Assembly: GCA_028534125.1 (NCBI GenBank)
Contig: CM052832.1
Coordinates: forward strand, 9,116,001-9,180,000
Origin: Lama glama
Lineage: Eukaryota
DNA length: 64,000 bases
Reading direction: 5' to 3'
Each line of letters opens with the position of its first letter. Within the stretch, counting starts at the first letter, position 1. This document shows positions 38,661-50,393 of this stretch, piece after piece. Under the pieces are notes generated by a model. It was given only the letters and a program-made list of their open reading frames with translations, made no database searches and was not told the origin of the DNA. A program made the position numbers and the translations under genes.

Positions 38661-38784
38661 CTATGGAAAAAAAAAGTCTATGAAAAAAACTATCAGTTAT
38701 TCTGAAGCTATGAAACACTATAAAAATGTAAAGATAAACACTTAATATTTCTTACAAAAAGCAGAATGATGCAGAAAATTTTAC

Positions 38785-38894
38785 CTTTAATATCCACCTA
38801 ATCATATCTTTGTGGACTTCCACGTAGGGAGCATTTTGTAGTGTTTCCAGCATACCTAGTATGCTAGGAGAGTTGTTTGGTGCTTCACCAGGTT
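38785..38894 (-). CDS. UBR2: UBR2 exon 27
   Basis: PGEAPNNSPSILGMLETLQNAPYVEVHKDMIRWILK; TAG/GTAAA. Confidence 0.94.
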
Positions 38895-39149
38895 CTACAA
38901 CAGAAGGAAAAAAAGGCATAGTGACAATAGCTAAGCCTTCAAGGTGCTTATTACAATGCACAAAAAGATAATAAAGTTGCTTATAACATCATTTGCCCAT
39001 CATTTGGTTACAGCTCTCCTTGACAGAAACTTTCAATACTTCTCGAAACGTGACATATTTGTACTTTACAAACAAGTTAACAACTAGAATGCTTTAATCA
39101 TTCAAAACTAATGTTTTATACCAAATGATTATTTTAATATAGCCTCTAA

Positions 39150-39283
39150 GGGGGGTGGGGGAGGGTATAGCTCAGTGGTTGAGTGTGTTCTTAGTATGCA
39201 TGAGGTCTTGTGTTCAATGCCAAATCTCCATTAAAATAAACAAACAAACCTAATTACTACCCCTGCCCCTCACCAAATAACAA
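39150..39283 (+). mobile_element. tRNA-derived SINE (Vic-1-like) with TSD agcctcta
   Basis: ggggagggtatagctcagtggttgag...gttcaat...ccattaaaataaa...cctaattac; agcctcta at 39141-39148 and 39284-39291. Confidence 0.8.
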
Positions 39284-39534
39284 AGCCTCTAGCAAAATGA
39301 AATAAAAACCCAGCTGAAAGGCCTACCTGAGATTTTATAAATCTAAGAAAATCAATTAGGATTGCAGGGGTCCATGTGCAAACACATTTATCTATTTGTT
39401 TTGAATTTTTCTTTAATGAAAATCTAGATTCAAAATAAAATAAATTTGTCTATGAATTCTTTATTTGAGAAAAAGATATAAAAGTCAAATCCATATTGTC
39501 AAGAGTACATTTAACCCAATATTAAATCATTTAG
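39271..39534 (+). repeat. Direct repeat copy 1 (~265 bp), left of the L1
   Basis: Aligns by eye to 41110-41375 with about 14 substitutions and one 2-nt indel. Confidence 0.9.
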
Positions 39535-39537
39535 GTT

Positions 39538-41109
39538 CTTTTTTTTTTTTAACATTTTTTATTGAGTTATAATCATTTTACAATGTTGTGTCAAATTTCA
39601 GTGTAGAGCACAATTTTTCAGTTATACATGAACATGTATATATTCATTGTCACATTTTTTTCTCTGTGAACTACCATAAGATCTTGTATGTATTTCCCTG
39701 TGCTATACAGTATAATCTTGTTTATCTATTCTACATTTTGAAATCCTAATCTGTCCCTTCCCGACCCCTGCCCCTTTGGCAACCACAAGTTTGTATTCTG
39801 TGTCTGAGTCTGTTTCTGTTTTGTATTTATGTTTTGTTTGTTTGTATTTATGTTTTGTTTTGTTTTGTTTTGTTTTTAGATTCCACATATGAGTGATCTC
39901 ATATGGTATTTTTCTTTCTCTTTTTGGCTTACTTCACTTAGAATGACATTCTCCAGGGACATCCATGCTGGGGTAAATGGCATTATGTTGTTTTTTATGG
40001 CTGAATAGTATTCTGTTGTATAAATATACCACATCTTCTTTATCCAGTCATCTGTTGATGGACATTTAGGCTGTTTNNNNNNNNNNNNNNNNNNNNNNNN
40101 NNNNNNNNNNNNNNNNNNNNNNNNNNNNNNNNNNNNNNNNNNNNNNNNNNNNNNNNNNNNNNNNNNNNNNNNNNNNNNNNNNNNNNNNNNNNNNNNNNNN
40201 NNNNNNNNNNNNNNNNNNNNNNNNNNNNNNNNNNNNNNNNNNNNNNNNNNNNNNNNNNNNNNNNNNNNNNNNNNNNNNNNNNNNNNNNNNNNNNNNNNNN
40301 NNNNNNNNNNNNNNNNNNNNNNNNNNNNNNNNNNNNNNNNNNNNNNNNNNNNNNNNNNNNNNNNNNNNNNNNNNNNNNNNNNNNNNNNNNNNNNNNNNNN
40401 NNNNNNNNNNNNNNNNNNNNNNNNNNNNNNNNNNNNNNNNNNNNNNNNNNNNNNNNNNNNNNNNNNNNNNNNNNNNNNNNNNNNNNNNNNNNNNNNNNNN
40501 NNNNNNNNNNNNNNNNNNNNNNNNNNNNNNNNNNNNNNNNNNNNNNNNNNNNNNNNNNNNNNNNNNNNNNNNNNNNATTGGGGTGCAGGTGTGTTTTTGA
40601 AGTAGGGTTCCTTCTGGATATATGCCCAGGAGCGGGATTCCTGGGTCATATGGTAAGTCTATTCCTAGTCTTTTGAGGAATCTCCATACTGTTTTCCACA
40701 GTGGCTTTCCTTGCTTCCCTCTCCCACTCTCTATTCTGTTTCACTGGTCTATATATCTGTTTTTGTACCAATACCATGCTGTCTTGATGACTGTAGCTCT
40801 ATAGTATTGTCTGAAGTCTGGGAGAGTTATTCCTCCAGCCTCTTTTTCTTCAGTAATGCTTTGGCAATTTTAGGTCTTTTGTGGTTCCATATAAATTTTA
40901 TTATGATTTGTTCTAGTTCTGTGAAATATGTCCTGGGTAATTTGATAAGGATTGCATTAAATCTGTAGATTCCCTTGGGCAGTGTGACCATTTTAACAAT
41001 ATTGTTTCTTCCAATCCAAGAGCGTGGGATATTGTTCCATTTTTTAAAGTCTTCTTTAATTTCCTTCATTAATGGTTTATAGTTTTCTGTGTATAATTCT
41101 TTTACCTCC
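39538..41109 (-). mobile_element. Relatively young 5'-truncated L1 with an internal deletion and an assembly gap
   Basis: Poly(T) at 39539-39550, then the L1 3' UTR; ORF2 fragments KQPKCPSTDDWIKKMWYIYT and [20 protein letters not shown]. Confidence 0.9.
40077..40576. other. Assembly gap (500 N)
   Basis: Run of N. Confidence 1.
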
Positions 41110-41375
41110 CACCAAATAACACAGACTGTAGCAAAATGAAATAAAAACCCAGCTGAAAGGCCTACCTGAGATTTTATAAGTCTAAGAAAATCAATTAGGA
41201 TTGCAGGGGTCCATGTGCGTACACATTTATCTATTTGTTTTGACTTTTTCTTTAATGAAAATCTAGATTCAAAATAAAATAAAATTGTCTATGAATTCTT
41301 TATTTGAGAAAAAGATATAAAAGTCAAGTCCATACTGTCAAAAGAGTACATTTAACCCAATACCAGCTCATTTAG
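41110..41375 (+). repeat. Direct repeat copy 2 (~265 bp), right of the L1
   Basis: Aligns by eye to 39271-39534. Confidence 0.9.
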
Positions 41376-42996
41376 TTTTATAGTTGGAAATGTACAATTA
41401 TTCATTTTCTTGATTTAAGTGCTGCCACTCTGGCAAAATGTTCCTGTTTTCTAAGAGAGGAATAAATTGAACTATGTGATCTGTTAATATTCTTCCAGAT
41501 CTAAAACTCTGGGGCTACAGATTAGAGATCTGACTCTGAATAGTTTGTTTTAACTATGTAAAATGTTTAAAGAGAAATAAGAGGACTGTCTAGAGAAAAT
41601 GATAATTGTTGAAAGAAAGAAAGAAAGTGAAAGAAAACCTGAAATCAAATGACATGAGGGAGTTTTCTGTGTTGGTTATCCCAAAGTAAAATCACTGGAG
41701 ATAAACAGGGCAGAAGATACAATGTTAATCCATCCAAAGAAATAGTGGCAGAGAAAAGAGTAGGGAAAGGCTGGCACCCAAGAATAAAGTCTTCATGAGG
41801 AAGACTCTTCCTCTCACTTACCAGGATGAGGGCAAAAAGGGAAAAATAGAGATTTAGCAGGACTATGCCTCCTCACTTCCCAGTAGAACCTAGTATTCTA
41901 ACAGTCATTATCTTTTAGGAAGAAATGGTAGAGACCATGACACTAAACAAAGTTATAGAAATAATCCTTTCCAATCAAGGAATTCATAAACTCCTATTAT
42001 ACCACCATAAATCCATTTAAGCACTTCAAAAAATTGCAGGTCTGGAACAGGGAAAGTACAAGATAAGCCTGGGACACCTTTTGTGCCAGGAAGCAAGGTG
42101 ATGCTCCGATACTAGTGGAGTTGGGTCAAAAAGACACAGAGCCAATTTAATAGACTCCCACTGACCAAAACTGGCACAGTTTGAGCATCAAACTGAATAC
42201 TGATTAAACTGATTATAAAAATAATGAATGAATAAAAACCCAATGAGTAACATTAAAAATCAAAAAGACCACAAAAAACCCCCTAAGCAAAACAAAAAAG
42301 ATTTCTGTTGCCACCACACTGCAGGTAACTATTAGACCAACTGCTTATTCTGAAAATTAACAAAGAAAAAGTTTTTCTTTAGAGATCAAATACTACAACA
42401 TCTAAAACAAGCAGTTCCAAAAAATGTGCAAATATAAAGCAAGTATAGCAAAACACTAACTACTGAATCTAGGTAGCAGGTATACAGATGTTGACTGTAT
42501 AACCCTTCCAATTTGTATGTTTGAAATTTTAATAATAAAAAGCTAGAAAAAACATTTCCTTGGTCTTCTAAAAAAAGTCACATTACTTTATATAAATTGA
42601 CAATCTAATCCTCTATAGGTAATTTAAAAATTTTCATTACGTTTTTATAATAGAAATAATTTAAAAGTGAAATTCTAACAGCATACTTTGTATTTTTAAA
42701 AGTATATCCTAGAATTTAAATGTATGTGCTATACTGATTTCAAACTAAGGACTCCTCATTAGTTTTTTCTGTTTATGAATTAAAATTTGTTTTCAAAGTT
42801 GTGTGAGCCCCAAGTATTTTCATAAAAAAGTATTTATTAGGATTTGATATAGTACCTTTAATACACAGGTGAATACAGACAGCCTCAGAAATTTACATTC
42901 AATATATTTAAAACCTATATGACCAAATGAAAGAGGTTATATACATTTTAAAATCACTGATATGTTGAGTTAATTTAGTAAAAAGTGTATACATAC

Positions 42997-43099
42997 TTGA
43001 TATCTTCTGAGTGAAGGTAAATGTTACTACATGCTCCTCCATGACATTCTCTAAATGCTGTTTTTCTTCTTGTAGTGCCATTCCAATTAAATGTAACAC
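42997..43099 (-). CDS. UBR2: UBR2 exon 26
   Basis: VLHLIGMALQEEKQHLENVMEEHVVTFTFTQKIS; TAG/GTATG. Confidence 0.95.
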
Positions 43100-44840
43100 C
43101 TAAAATACAGTATGTTTTGTAACTTTCAGTAAAACAAAAATCAAGTACATATTTTTACAAGAAATAATAAAACAGAATTCACTATTGAAAAAAGGTAAAT
43201 CAAACTATTAAAGATTAAATGCAATAAAAACAATTCAAAGTACTAATTTTTGTTAAATTCAAACTCTTTAAAGTTCATTTTCTAACACAGAATTCTCAGC
43301 AAGGAAACAAAAATTTCTGTTTCAGCTTGGAAGAAAATTCAACTGCAAATTCTTAGGGTAAATTTAAATTACTAACAGCTGTGACCAGACAGCCATATAA
43401 CAAAAATTTTCAATTTTATTCCACCCTTACACAACAGTCTTAAAAACCACCAAATCTAAGAATCAGTAGCCAAATAATTAAAGCTGAATGCATCTATTAT
43501 GTAATTATCTATCTATAATACTCCTAGTTCAGTTTCTCTAAGGACTAAAAATATTAATCTCAGAAAGAGACACACTTTTATTTCTAACGCCACAGCATTT
43601 GGAAAAATGTTCAGCATATCTTCCAAAAATTCCTTAACAGATTTCTAAGAAAATATTTAACTATACTGAATCTATCTGCACTTTTATTGTTCTTTATCCT
43701 TCTACCCAGTTTTTGAAGGAGTTATGTGTGTGGTGTCCTTGTATCTTTCTGTACACACAGGGCAACAGTGGTTGTCAGAGACTTGGTAGAACTAAGTTAC
43801 CCTGAATGACATAAAGCAAATATATACATAAGTAATGTTCACTCTTTTTCTCTATCATTTCCCACAGATCTTTTGCTCATATAATACTGATGATCTCTAG
43901 TATACCACAACTCCATGCTTTTATATTGTAAGTGTATGCTTATAAACAGGAGGGGGTATAAGTATACAAATACCTTAGCCAATGAGACACTTGAGCCTGC
44001 TCAGACGGTAAGGAGAACAGCAAGGAAAGCTCAGGAGAAAGGTTCACCTTCATACGAATTCTGGCTTCACTGCTTTCAAACTACATGCCTTAAGGGAATC
44101 CCTCTGAGCCTAATTTTATCACCTTCAAAATGGAAAAAAAAACAGCTTCCCTCTAGAGTTTTGGGAGTTACAAATATTTTATTGTATACAAGAATGCCTA
44201 GCAGAGAATATGGCACAGGGTAGGTTAATGCTATTAACTGAGTATTTTATTAAGTTACTTACTAGTTGGGTAACATGGACAAGATTAATTGAATCTCACT
44301 GAAACTTGCCTTCATCATCTATACAGTGGAAAAACTAATCATAGGGGTATTATATGATTTAATGCAAGAATAATTTATGAATGACTTACATTAAAGCTAT
44401 AAAGTAAAATACAAAGAAGGTTCTAGACTTGCCACTTATAAGCTGTAGAACCATAAGTCTGAGTTTTAATTTCTTCAACTGCAAAATACATATATTAATG
44501 AACTCACAGATTTTTAAAGAGAATTAAGTGAAAAACAAAGCAAAGATAACATACTTTACAAGTATCAGAGTACTGCATAAAGAAAGACATATCAGGACCA
44601 ACCAGAGAGGCAGATGGGCCAATAGGATCAAGGTAATCACAACCATGTAGTATAAAAAATCTGCCAGGCTCTCATTTTCATAGCCAGACACAGAAACAGT
44701 AACAAAATACTTTATTTCAAATTAAGGTAACTCTGAGTTTTATCCTGTTTTCTGTGTATAGATACTAACAAGAGTATTTTGTATTTTCATTTTTACTACA
44801 AAAACACCAAAATATAAATAATAAGTATCTTCAAACTTAC

Positions 44841-44995
44841 CCTTTGCAGCATGGACTCAGACCAGACACATCCATTATGCTCTACAGTCCATTGCAATAT
44901 TGTTCTCATGATTAACAACATGACATCTGATTGCAAAATGTTAACCAGACTTGCAAACAGAGGGCAGAATGGAGGCAAAACTGGAGGTGGAAGTG
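44841..44995 (-). CDS. UBR2: UBR2 exon 25
   Basis: LPPPVLPPFCPLFASLVNILQSDVMLLIMRTILQWTVEHNGCVWSESMLQR; CAG/GTAAG. Confidence 0.95.
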
Positions 44996-45369
44996 CTGAA
45001 AATAAAGTTATTATTGGCTTCTTTTGTAGAACATGCTTAAAAACAAACAAAAAACCTATCCCTTTATTATATAATTTTAATAGCCTTCAAAGAATATTCA
45101 TTAACAGACATCTTAAAGCTATATTTTACTTCTCAAGGTCAGCCAAATGCATAAAACCAACTACATAAACAGCAGCAGTAAAAAGGAAAGTTTTTTCCCT
45201 AGAAATGTCTTAAGATCTGAAATAAAACCATTAACCCAGAGGTGACTCAGTACAGACTATGTCTATATTAGCATATTTATTAGCCTTTTAAATGTTCACT
45301 CAGAAAGCTTGTATTTTAATCTTCCACTTCACCAAGGATCATCATCACTGTCAACAGAAAAAAGTTTGT

Positions 45370-45515
45370 TTTCTGGGGGGGGGGTGAAAAGGGGGAATTA
45401 GATTTATTTATTGATTTATCTATTTATTTATTTATTTTAATGGAAATACTGGGGATGGAACCCAGGATCTTATGTATGGTAGGCATGTACTCTACTATTG
45501 GGCTATATTCTCCTC
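45370..45515 (-). mobile_element. tRNA-derived SINE (Vic-1-like) with TSD caacagaaaa
   Basis: Reverse complement of the same SINE; caacagaaaa flanks it at about 45352 and 45516. Confidence 0.75.
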
Positions 45516-45580
45516 CAACAGAAAATAATGTTTAACAAGTAAGAGACTGACACGAAATTTGGAGAAAAGAGTAAAAATAC

Positions 45581-45629
45581 CTGTATCTTCCTTATTTTGT
45601 CTTTTCAATTTCCGTTGAGCTTCCTCTGC
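45581..45629 (-). CDS. UBR2: UBR2 exon 24
   Basis: AEEAQRKLKRQNKEDT; TAG/GTATT. Confidence 0.91.
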
Positions 45630-46423
45630 CTAATAAAAAAGAATGTAATTTGGACAGGGAATTAGTAACTCAAACCAACGTAATACCCAAAACTACTGAT
45701 GTAAATTAACCTTTGTCATATTAACTTCTAAATTTTAGGAGATTTTTATTCTTAGTTTTATACTTCCCTCAAATTGATATCAAGGTTAATTCTGCTCCTC
45801 CCCTAAAAGAATTCCCCCACGTGGATTCTATCTTGATTTAAAATGCAGGGAAAACATGTACCAACCAAAACTAAAAAACTTATTTACATCTGAGTTCTAC
45901 TTCATGCATCACAAACTAATAAACAAAAACTTTATGTTTAAGTTTCATGTCATTTATTGAAAACTTACTTTTAAAAGTAGACTGCTAAAAGTCAAAATTT
46001 AACTAGCTAAGAATGATCAGGAAAATTTCATATATCACCATGGAAAAGCATACTGTTAAGTACTAGCAATTCTGAAATGAGTGTAAAATCGGTTAACTGA
46101 TTATAATACAGGTTGACAATCTGTCTTCAAAAGCCAATTAAATATGTAAAATTATATATGTGTGGGTATGTATATAATTATACAGATGTTATATAACTAT
46201 ACACAAAATACTCAGGGGAAAACGCCAAATGTTAAGTGGTGGTATTATAAGTAATCTATACTTTCTTTTTAATACCTTTCCATATTTTCCTAATTTCCTA
46301 CAATAAAAATGTATCCTTTTTCAATCTGTGAAAAGCAATAAAAGTTGTTTAGAAAAAAATAAAACAAAACCAAAAAGACCCCAAGTAACCACTTTCCAGT
46401 GCACTTTTAATTTCCCCAATTAC

Positions 46424-46526
46424 CTTGGATTGCTCTGCCCTTGAAAAGTGATAGAAATACAAATTGAACTCTTTGGCACACTCTGGTTTCAGTTCGTACA
46501 TGCCTCGTCCTGTTAATCCAGGTTTC
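46424..46526 (-). CDS. UBR2: UBR2 exon 23
   Basis: KPGLTGRGMYELKPECAKEFNLYFYHFSRAEQSK; AAG/GTAAT. Confidence 0.95.
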
Positions 46527-46722
46527 CTTTAAGGGGAAAAAAATCCTTATATCTCATATGCTGCTGGTAAGTGTAAGCTGAAACTACACTCTGTGGATTC
46601 ATTTGGTAATCTACAGACAAAGCTTTATGCATCCAATTAATCCATCATGTTCACTCTGAATTTATTCATGCTAGCTAGACATGCTAGATTGACTATGATT
46701 CAAATCATCACATGCGACTGTG

Positions 46723-46827
46723 GCGGGGAAGGTATAGCTTAGTCGTAGAGCATGTTTAGCATGCACGAGGGACCTGGGTTCAATCCCCAGTACCTCCATT
46801 AAATAAACAGATAAATAAGTAAACAAG
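46723..46827 (+). mobile_element. tRNA-derived SINE (Vic-1-like)
   Basis: gcggggaaggtatagcttagtcgtagagcatg...ctgggttcaatccccagtacctccattaaataaa. Confidence 0.8.
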
Positions 46828-47556
46828 TGAACATGATGGTCATGGTAGTGACAAAAATTTAAAGTCTAACAACAGAAATAGGTTACACATATTATGACAT
46901 CTCCAAACAGTTGAACACTATTAAAAGTGATATTAATTTCTGTATTTTGACGTGGGAAGATGTCTGTGATAAGTTCTACCAAGTGAAAAAAAGTAGGTGC
47001 AATTTTAGAGTTTAGAGAACTTTTCTACATTTTTTTCTATATTTTCTCTAAAAATATGCAGTTTTTAAGTCAACAAAAATAAAGACACTGGCATTGCAGT
47101 GAGGAGCAAAGAAAAAGCAGGATTAAGAAACTGCCTCAAAAACTTTAAGGGGATATACTAGTTTATTGACTGGGTAACCACTGGACACTGAAGAAAGCAT
47201 TAATTCAGAGGTCACCCCACAACTTAGGTGGCACATTCAAATGGAAACAAAGCACAATGCATTTACTTAGATCTCACGTTCAGGTTAATTTCAATTACCT
47301 GAAACTATCAGCTATGAATACTATTTTGAATACAATGAAAATCCTCATAAAGCTACTTTAAGCTGCTGAGCCTAGGGCTAGATCATAAAAGTGAAATCTA
47401 GTCAGAGAAACCTAGGTTCAGTATTATATATTTGAAAATGGGTTGTCACGCTCTGAAAACAACAATTTTATTCTCAGTTCCAACAAAGGAAACACTCAAA
47501 GAAAAATTAATGTATAAAATAAAATTGAACATGAAAAAACAGAAAAGTAAACTCAC

Positions 47557-47609
47557 TTGAAATGGGCAACTGCTTCAATTACACTCTCCATGCCAGTTTC
47601 TTTGTTCTC
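47557..47609 (-). CDS. UBR2: UBR2 exon 22
   Basis: ENKETGMESVIEAVAHF; TAG/GTGAG. Confidence 0.92.
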
Positions 47610-48934
47610 CTAAAGGTATAAGAAATAATTAAGTGTGTTTCATGTTAATACTAATCTGCTAGCACTCAGCATTGTGTTTTTATCTCATTAAGCTTCATAC
47701 AGCAATTCTGCAAAGCAGATATATAATTATTCAGATTTTTACAGAAGAGGATTCCATAGTAAACATAGTGATTAATTAATTAATTATTAAGGAAACTTAT
47801 TTGGTAAGCTAACATTCATTCAGACTGACGTAACTAAAAACAAGTCACTACCATATAGAATAAAGGTGACAGATTTCAAAAGGAATGAAATAAAAACACA
47901 AAGTACATATAAATTTAAACAAAATTTATATATTTGCAATATTTTGTGAAATAGCTACACTAATTTCTTACAGTCCCTGATTGAGAACCACTGTTTTAGA
48001 TATATATAATTCTGTATATAGATGAAATGGTAAACCTGGTATTCTACACAAAATTGGGACCAGTGAGGGTGTAAGGATTATTGGTTGGGGTATAACGAAA
48101 ATAAGCTTGGTCCTCTGCTGAAGCTGGGGATGGGTTCATTATTTTTCTTCTATTTCTATAGATGTCTGATGTTTTTCAAGTTTGAAATAATACAAAGTCT
48201 AAAAGAAGTATTACAATGCAACAAATACAGGTTTGTTATTTCCTATTAAGATTATTTCCTAATCCCAGAAGGAAAGTTTTGATATATGTCTCAAATTTAG
48301 GAAAACATTTTGAAAAGCCTCAATGAAAAAGTCTTTTCCCATCTGTAAGTTGGGTTTCTGAAAAGCCCCAGGGCTGAAAAACAGGTGGCTGAGGAACTTA
48401 AGATCTTGGGAAGAAAAATAGTTACAATTAACCTATCAATGCCTATGTGAATATTAGTTTACACTCACTAAAATGCGAGAGACGGCTAAGGAGAGTCTTT
48501 GGATGCTTCAGAAGGAAAAAAAAAAAAAACTCTAGCAAACTTTATTTAGTTTACTCAACACAGTTGAGTAGATATTTCTAGGTTACAAAGCATTATCTCT
48601 ACCCAAGGCAACTTTGTCCTAAACACTCTATAACAATCCTTCTTTAATGGATATATAAATTCAGTTCTAAGGACCAGGTTTACTTTTATTCAGTCCCCTC
48701 ATCTCTTTCAAGGCTTCATTGTAAATGATTCCATTCCTATGCTGCTTTCCACTTCCAGTCCCTAGCATCCTCTTTTTCTAATTATTCCTAGTAAGAGTGA
48801 CTAGAGTTGTACATGTCCTAGAATGACAGTTTTCAGAACTGTGGAAAAGTATAGAGAAGTAAATCTACACATACTAGACTGATAGGTAGGGAAGAATTTC
48901 CATAATTTTCTTTTTTAAAAATGTAGGTACTTAC

Positions 48935-49059
48935 ATCTTCAGGTAAAGACTTTACCAATTCACTGTGGGCCATAGGTTTGATGCTCAATTGATGGATTAT
49001 CTCCCGCTTAATTTCATCTGCAGTATTTACCTGTCCAACTCCAGGACAAAACCTCTCTC
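48935..49059 (-). CDS. UBR2: UBR2 exon 21
   Basis: ERFCPGVGQVNTADEIKREIIHQLSIKPMAHSELVKSLPED; CAG/GTAAG. Confidence 0.95.
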
Positions 49060-50062
49060 CTGTCAACAATGAATAAGTATATATACACACATTTAATAAT
49101 CATGTGATATAGAATTGTAGGATATATCCTACAATTATAAATATATATATGTGATATATATTTATAATCCAAGCAACACAATGTGTATTTCTTTCTGCCC
49201 AATGGGAAACAAGCTAGGGTGAGAGCAGCCCCCAATCATCTTTTGGGTCTCAGATACAACCAATGAGTGCATGCCTCAGGCAGTGGTCAGAGAACTTTGG
49301 TTGATATTTTATAAGAATGGGATCACGAGGTGGAAAGGGGTCAGATGTAGTAAAGAACTGGTATAGCGGTAGATGTTCCAGCAGCCTAGGGAACTGCTTT
49401 CATGCCATCTGCCACATAGTAAGAGGCAGGAAGAGCCTTCCTTTGTCCTTCTATCTAGTGGCAAGTGAGGTATCACCTTCTGAGACCTCTTTCATTGCTA
49501 TTACCTCCTGACAGCAGCCAGCATTCTCTGCTCTATGGACTGTTGAGTCAAATAGTATGGGAAGTAGGAAAAGGTAAAGTATAAAAGAATAGGAAAGATT
49601 AAGGCGACAGGACTGAAAGTACGGGTTATAAGAAAAAAAAATGTGTCTATTAGCTATTAGCCATAGGTCTCTTTCAACTTGGAATGATCATTATCTGAAA
49701 TCAAGAGGACACTTTTGCATCACAAAACCATGGAGGAAAACACAGCTAAGATATAAGGTAACAGAAAATAGCTCCTAAATATCCTACTCTTGTTTGCTAT
49801 ATTCTCCTGTCCCCTGTTTTATTCCCAACACAATGAATCTTCCAGTTTCTCCTGCTTTAAGTAGTTGTACTCTCTCCTTCCAAAGCATCACAGTGCTGTG
49901 ACTCCCATCATTACAGAAACCAGAGCGGAGGAAAAAACATTCTAATCTCCTTCTCCCAAAACTGAGAAACCACTGAAACAAAAGAAACAGTACAGATTCT
50001 AAACTACTTGCTATCACAAAAGTCAATATAATATATAAATATTCCAAACAATCCAAACTTAC

Positions 50063-50126
50063 CAACAAGCATTATAATGAGGTATAACATTTCTTCTATT
50101 AGAGTGCTGTTTTGCTGAACTAAATC
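50063..50126 (-). CDS. UBR2: UBR2 exon 20
   Basis: DLVQQNSTLIEEMLYLIIMLV; CAG/GTAAG. Confidence 0.93.
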
Positions 50127-50270
50127 CTGTAACAAGTGAGAGCAGTGGGAGAGAGAAAGTTCAGAGATAAGAATAAGAATACTGTATTACTTCAGACAAT
50201 TAGCATAATCAAGAAGAATGAAAGATGCTTCTTTAACAATGTGTTGTGGTCTCATAATACACATTCTTAC

Positions 50271-50393
50271 CTTATGAGTAGTCTCAGAACTAATTTTTTT
50301 CCCATAGTCTGGAGTACTGAAAATCTGATAAAGTTCAAAGCGGCTGAGCATTATCATCAGGAAATGATTTGGATCCATCATGGAGACACCTGT
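50271..50393 (-). CDS. UBR2: UBR2 exon 19
   Basis: TGVSMMDPNHFLMIMLSRFELYQIFSTPDYGKKISSETTHK; A-rich AAG acceptor, GTAAG donor. Confidence 0.93.

Noticed and set aside
39876..40649. 257-aa ORF
   Set aside because: Artefact of translating through the N gap inside an L1 ORF2 remnant.
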